A stretch of DNA of 64,000 nt, taken from positions 1,021-65,020 of the forward strand of contig CAUJDN010000123.1 in NCBI GenBank assembly GCA_963169195.1, in the 5' to 3' direction. The translations under genes were made by a program, and so were the position numbers. Source of the stretch: Acidobacteriota bacterium. GTDB taxonomy: Bacteria; Acidobacteriota; Vicinamibacteria; Vicinamibacterales; UBA2999. The notes under the pieces are model-generated. The model worked only from the letters and a program-made list of their open reading frames with translations. It ran no database searches and was not told where the DNA came from. This document shows positions 62,874-64,000 of the stretch, one piece after another (positions within the stretch are counted from its first letter, which is position 1; each line of letters starts with the position of its first letter).

Positions 62874-63968
62874 CTAGCGCGTGACGGGCATCCGGAGCCT
62901 GTAGCGCACGGGCCGGCCGTCCTTCATCGCCGGCCGGAACTGCCACGCCTTGACGGCCGCGAGGATCATGCGGTCGTTCAGGGACATGTCGGTGGAGTGC
63001 AGCCGCACCTGCGCCACCTCGCCTCGTTCGTTCACGAGCACCTCCACGAACGAGTCGCTGGGTTCGGAGTCCACCTTCGGCTCCGATGGCAGCTGCGGCC
63101 GGCGCCAGACGGGCGGTTCGACGTCGGGGTCCCCGGCCGAATAGACACGAAGCTCCGGCAGGGCCGGTCCCGGCGCGATTCCGGCATCCGCCGGGCGAGA
63201 CGGGGGTGGTGGTCCGGGTGTCGCCGGCGGCCTCGCGATCCCCGGAGACGAGGCGACCGCCGGCGGCGCGAGGACCGGCACGGACACAGGCGTCGGCGTG
63301 AGCCGCGTCGGAGCCGCATCGCCGGATGAACGGGCCACGAGACCAGCGGTCGGCGGTCCGGCGGTCGCGGGACCCGTGCCTGGGAGGCCTCGACCCGCCT
63401 GCCCGCGTGTCCCCGGCGGAGCCGACGGCACATCCGGCGCGATCGTGGGCGCATAGGCGGCCGCGACCGCCAGCGCGCGTGATTCGAGTCGTGGCCCCGG
63501 GGGGGCCGAGCCCAGCCACGCCACCGCGGCGACAGCCGCCGCGAGCACCACCACGCCGGCCGCCACGCCCACCGCGAGAGGCTCGCCCGTGCGCAGGTGC
63601 GAGACGGCTGCCGAGGCCCGATCGATCAGCCACTCCAGCCGCCACTCGTCCTGCTCGCGCGAGTCACGAGCCTGCGGCGGCGCCTCCCGGGGCGGCGGTT
63701 CGAGCGCCAGGCCCGGTGCCGGCTCAAGTCCGGGTGAGCCGGCGGACGGGAAGGCGGCCAGCCCATCCCGCGGGGTGGTCGGCGGCACCGGCGGTGGGAC
63801 CGGGACCACCGCTGGCGGGACCGGGACCGCCGGCGACACAGGGCTCGGACCGGGTGGCTCGGCGACCGCGATTCCGCTTCCGCTCGGCGGCCTCCCGCCG
63901 AAGGGCGGGGGTTCGTAGTCCGTGCCGAGCGGATGGATCGGCGCCCGGCGCGACGCCCGCGTCGTCAC
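62874..63968 (-). CDS. TonB-like energy-transducer family protein (C-terminal TonB_C domain, Pro-rich region)
   Basis: The C-terminus FVEVLVNERGEVAQVRLHSTDMSLNDRMILAAVKAWQFRPAMKDGRPVRYRLRMPV is present, with a TM helix LAVGVAAGVVVLAAAVAAVAWL and long P/A-rich segments. The N-terminal start is uncertain. Confidence 0.65.
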   Translation of the reverse strand: MTTRASRRAPIHPLGTDYEPPPFGGRPPSGSGIAVAEPPGPSPVSPAVPVPPAVVPVPPPVPPTTPRDGLAAFPSAGSPGLEPAPGLALEPPPREAPPQARDSREQDEWRLEWLIDRASAAVSHLRTGEPLAVGVAAGVVVLAAAVAAVAWLGSAPPGPRLESRALAVAAAYAPTIAPDVPSAPPGTRGQAGRGLPGTGPATAGPPTAGLVARSSGDAAPTRLTPTPVSVPVLAPPAVASSPGIARPPATPGPPPPSRPADAGIAPGPALPELRVYSAGDPDVEPPVWRRPQLPSEPKVDSEPSDSFVEVLVNERGEVAQVRLHSTDMSLNDRMILAAVKAWQFRPAMKDGRPVRYRLRMPVTR

Positions 63969-64000
63969 GATGCCGCGATCCGCGCCGACCGCCCGGGCGG

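Overview
Very GC-rich (about 70% by eye, not computed) bacterial chromosomal segment. It is densely packed with about 50 protein genes. I recognised no rRNA, tRNA, CRISPR array or intact mobile element. All family calls come from reading the supplied translations and from my own hand translations; no searches were run. The gene content (DUF1800/DUF1501 pair, carboxypeptidase-regulatory-like repeat proteins, many Tat/Sec-exported enzymes) suggests an Acidobacteriota- or Gemmatimonadota-like soil bacterium, but this is low-confidence inference. Content, left to right: three minor-pilin genes, pruA, a MATE exporter, a decayed IS256-family transposase, a type IIA topoisomerase B subunit, a DUF1835 protein, a NYN/LOTUS protein, an MBOAT plus GDS-motif partner, a 2213-aa TamB-Omp85 fusion, a UGA-interrupted peroxiredoxin, a lipoprotein amidohydrolase plus a Tat-exported threonine-aldolase-like enzyme, PBP1A, an AMIN-Wza protein, a type IIA topoisomerase A subunit, TrpB2, vapBC, argA, transporters, assorted catabolic enzymes, two tandem CrtI-like oxidoreductases, malic enzyme, two tandem 592-aa CarboxypepD_reg proteins, DUF1800/DUF1501, two tandem secreted PI4K-type-II-like proteins, saccharopine dehydrogenase plus an NhaC-family transporter, and a TonB-like protein. 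Five observations stand out. (1) Short G-rich tandem-repeat arrays (the octamer GGGGTTCT and the heptamer GGGAGYC) fill many intergenic spacers. The heptamer also sits in frame at the same loop of both CrtI-like paralogues. (2) A probable exported selenocysteine peroxiredoxin with a SECIS-like hairpin. (3) A single-polypeptide TamB-POTRA-Omp85 fusion. (4) Two tandem exported proteins with a PI4K-II-like catalytic motif, each ending in Cys-Cys. (5) Several -10 boxes lying 3-12 nt from start codons, suggesting leaderless transcripts. CDS ends follow the ORF track; hand-counted repeat and motif coordinates may be off by 1-2 nt.
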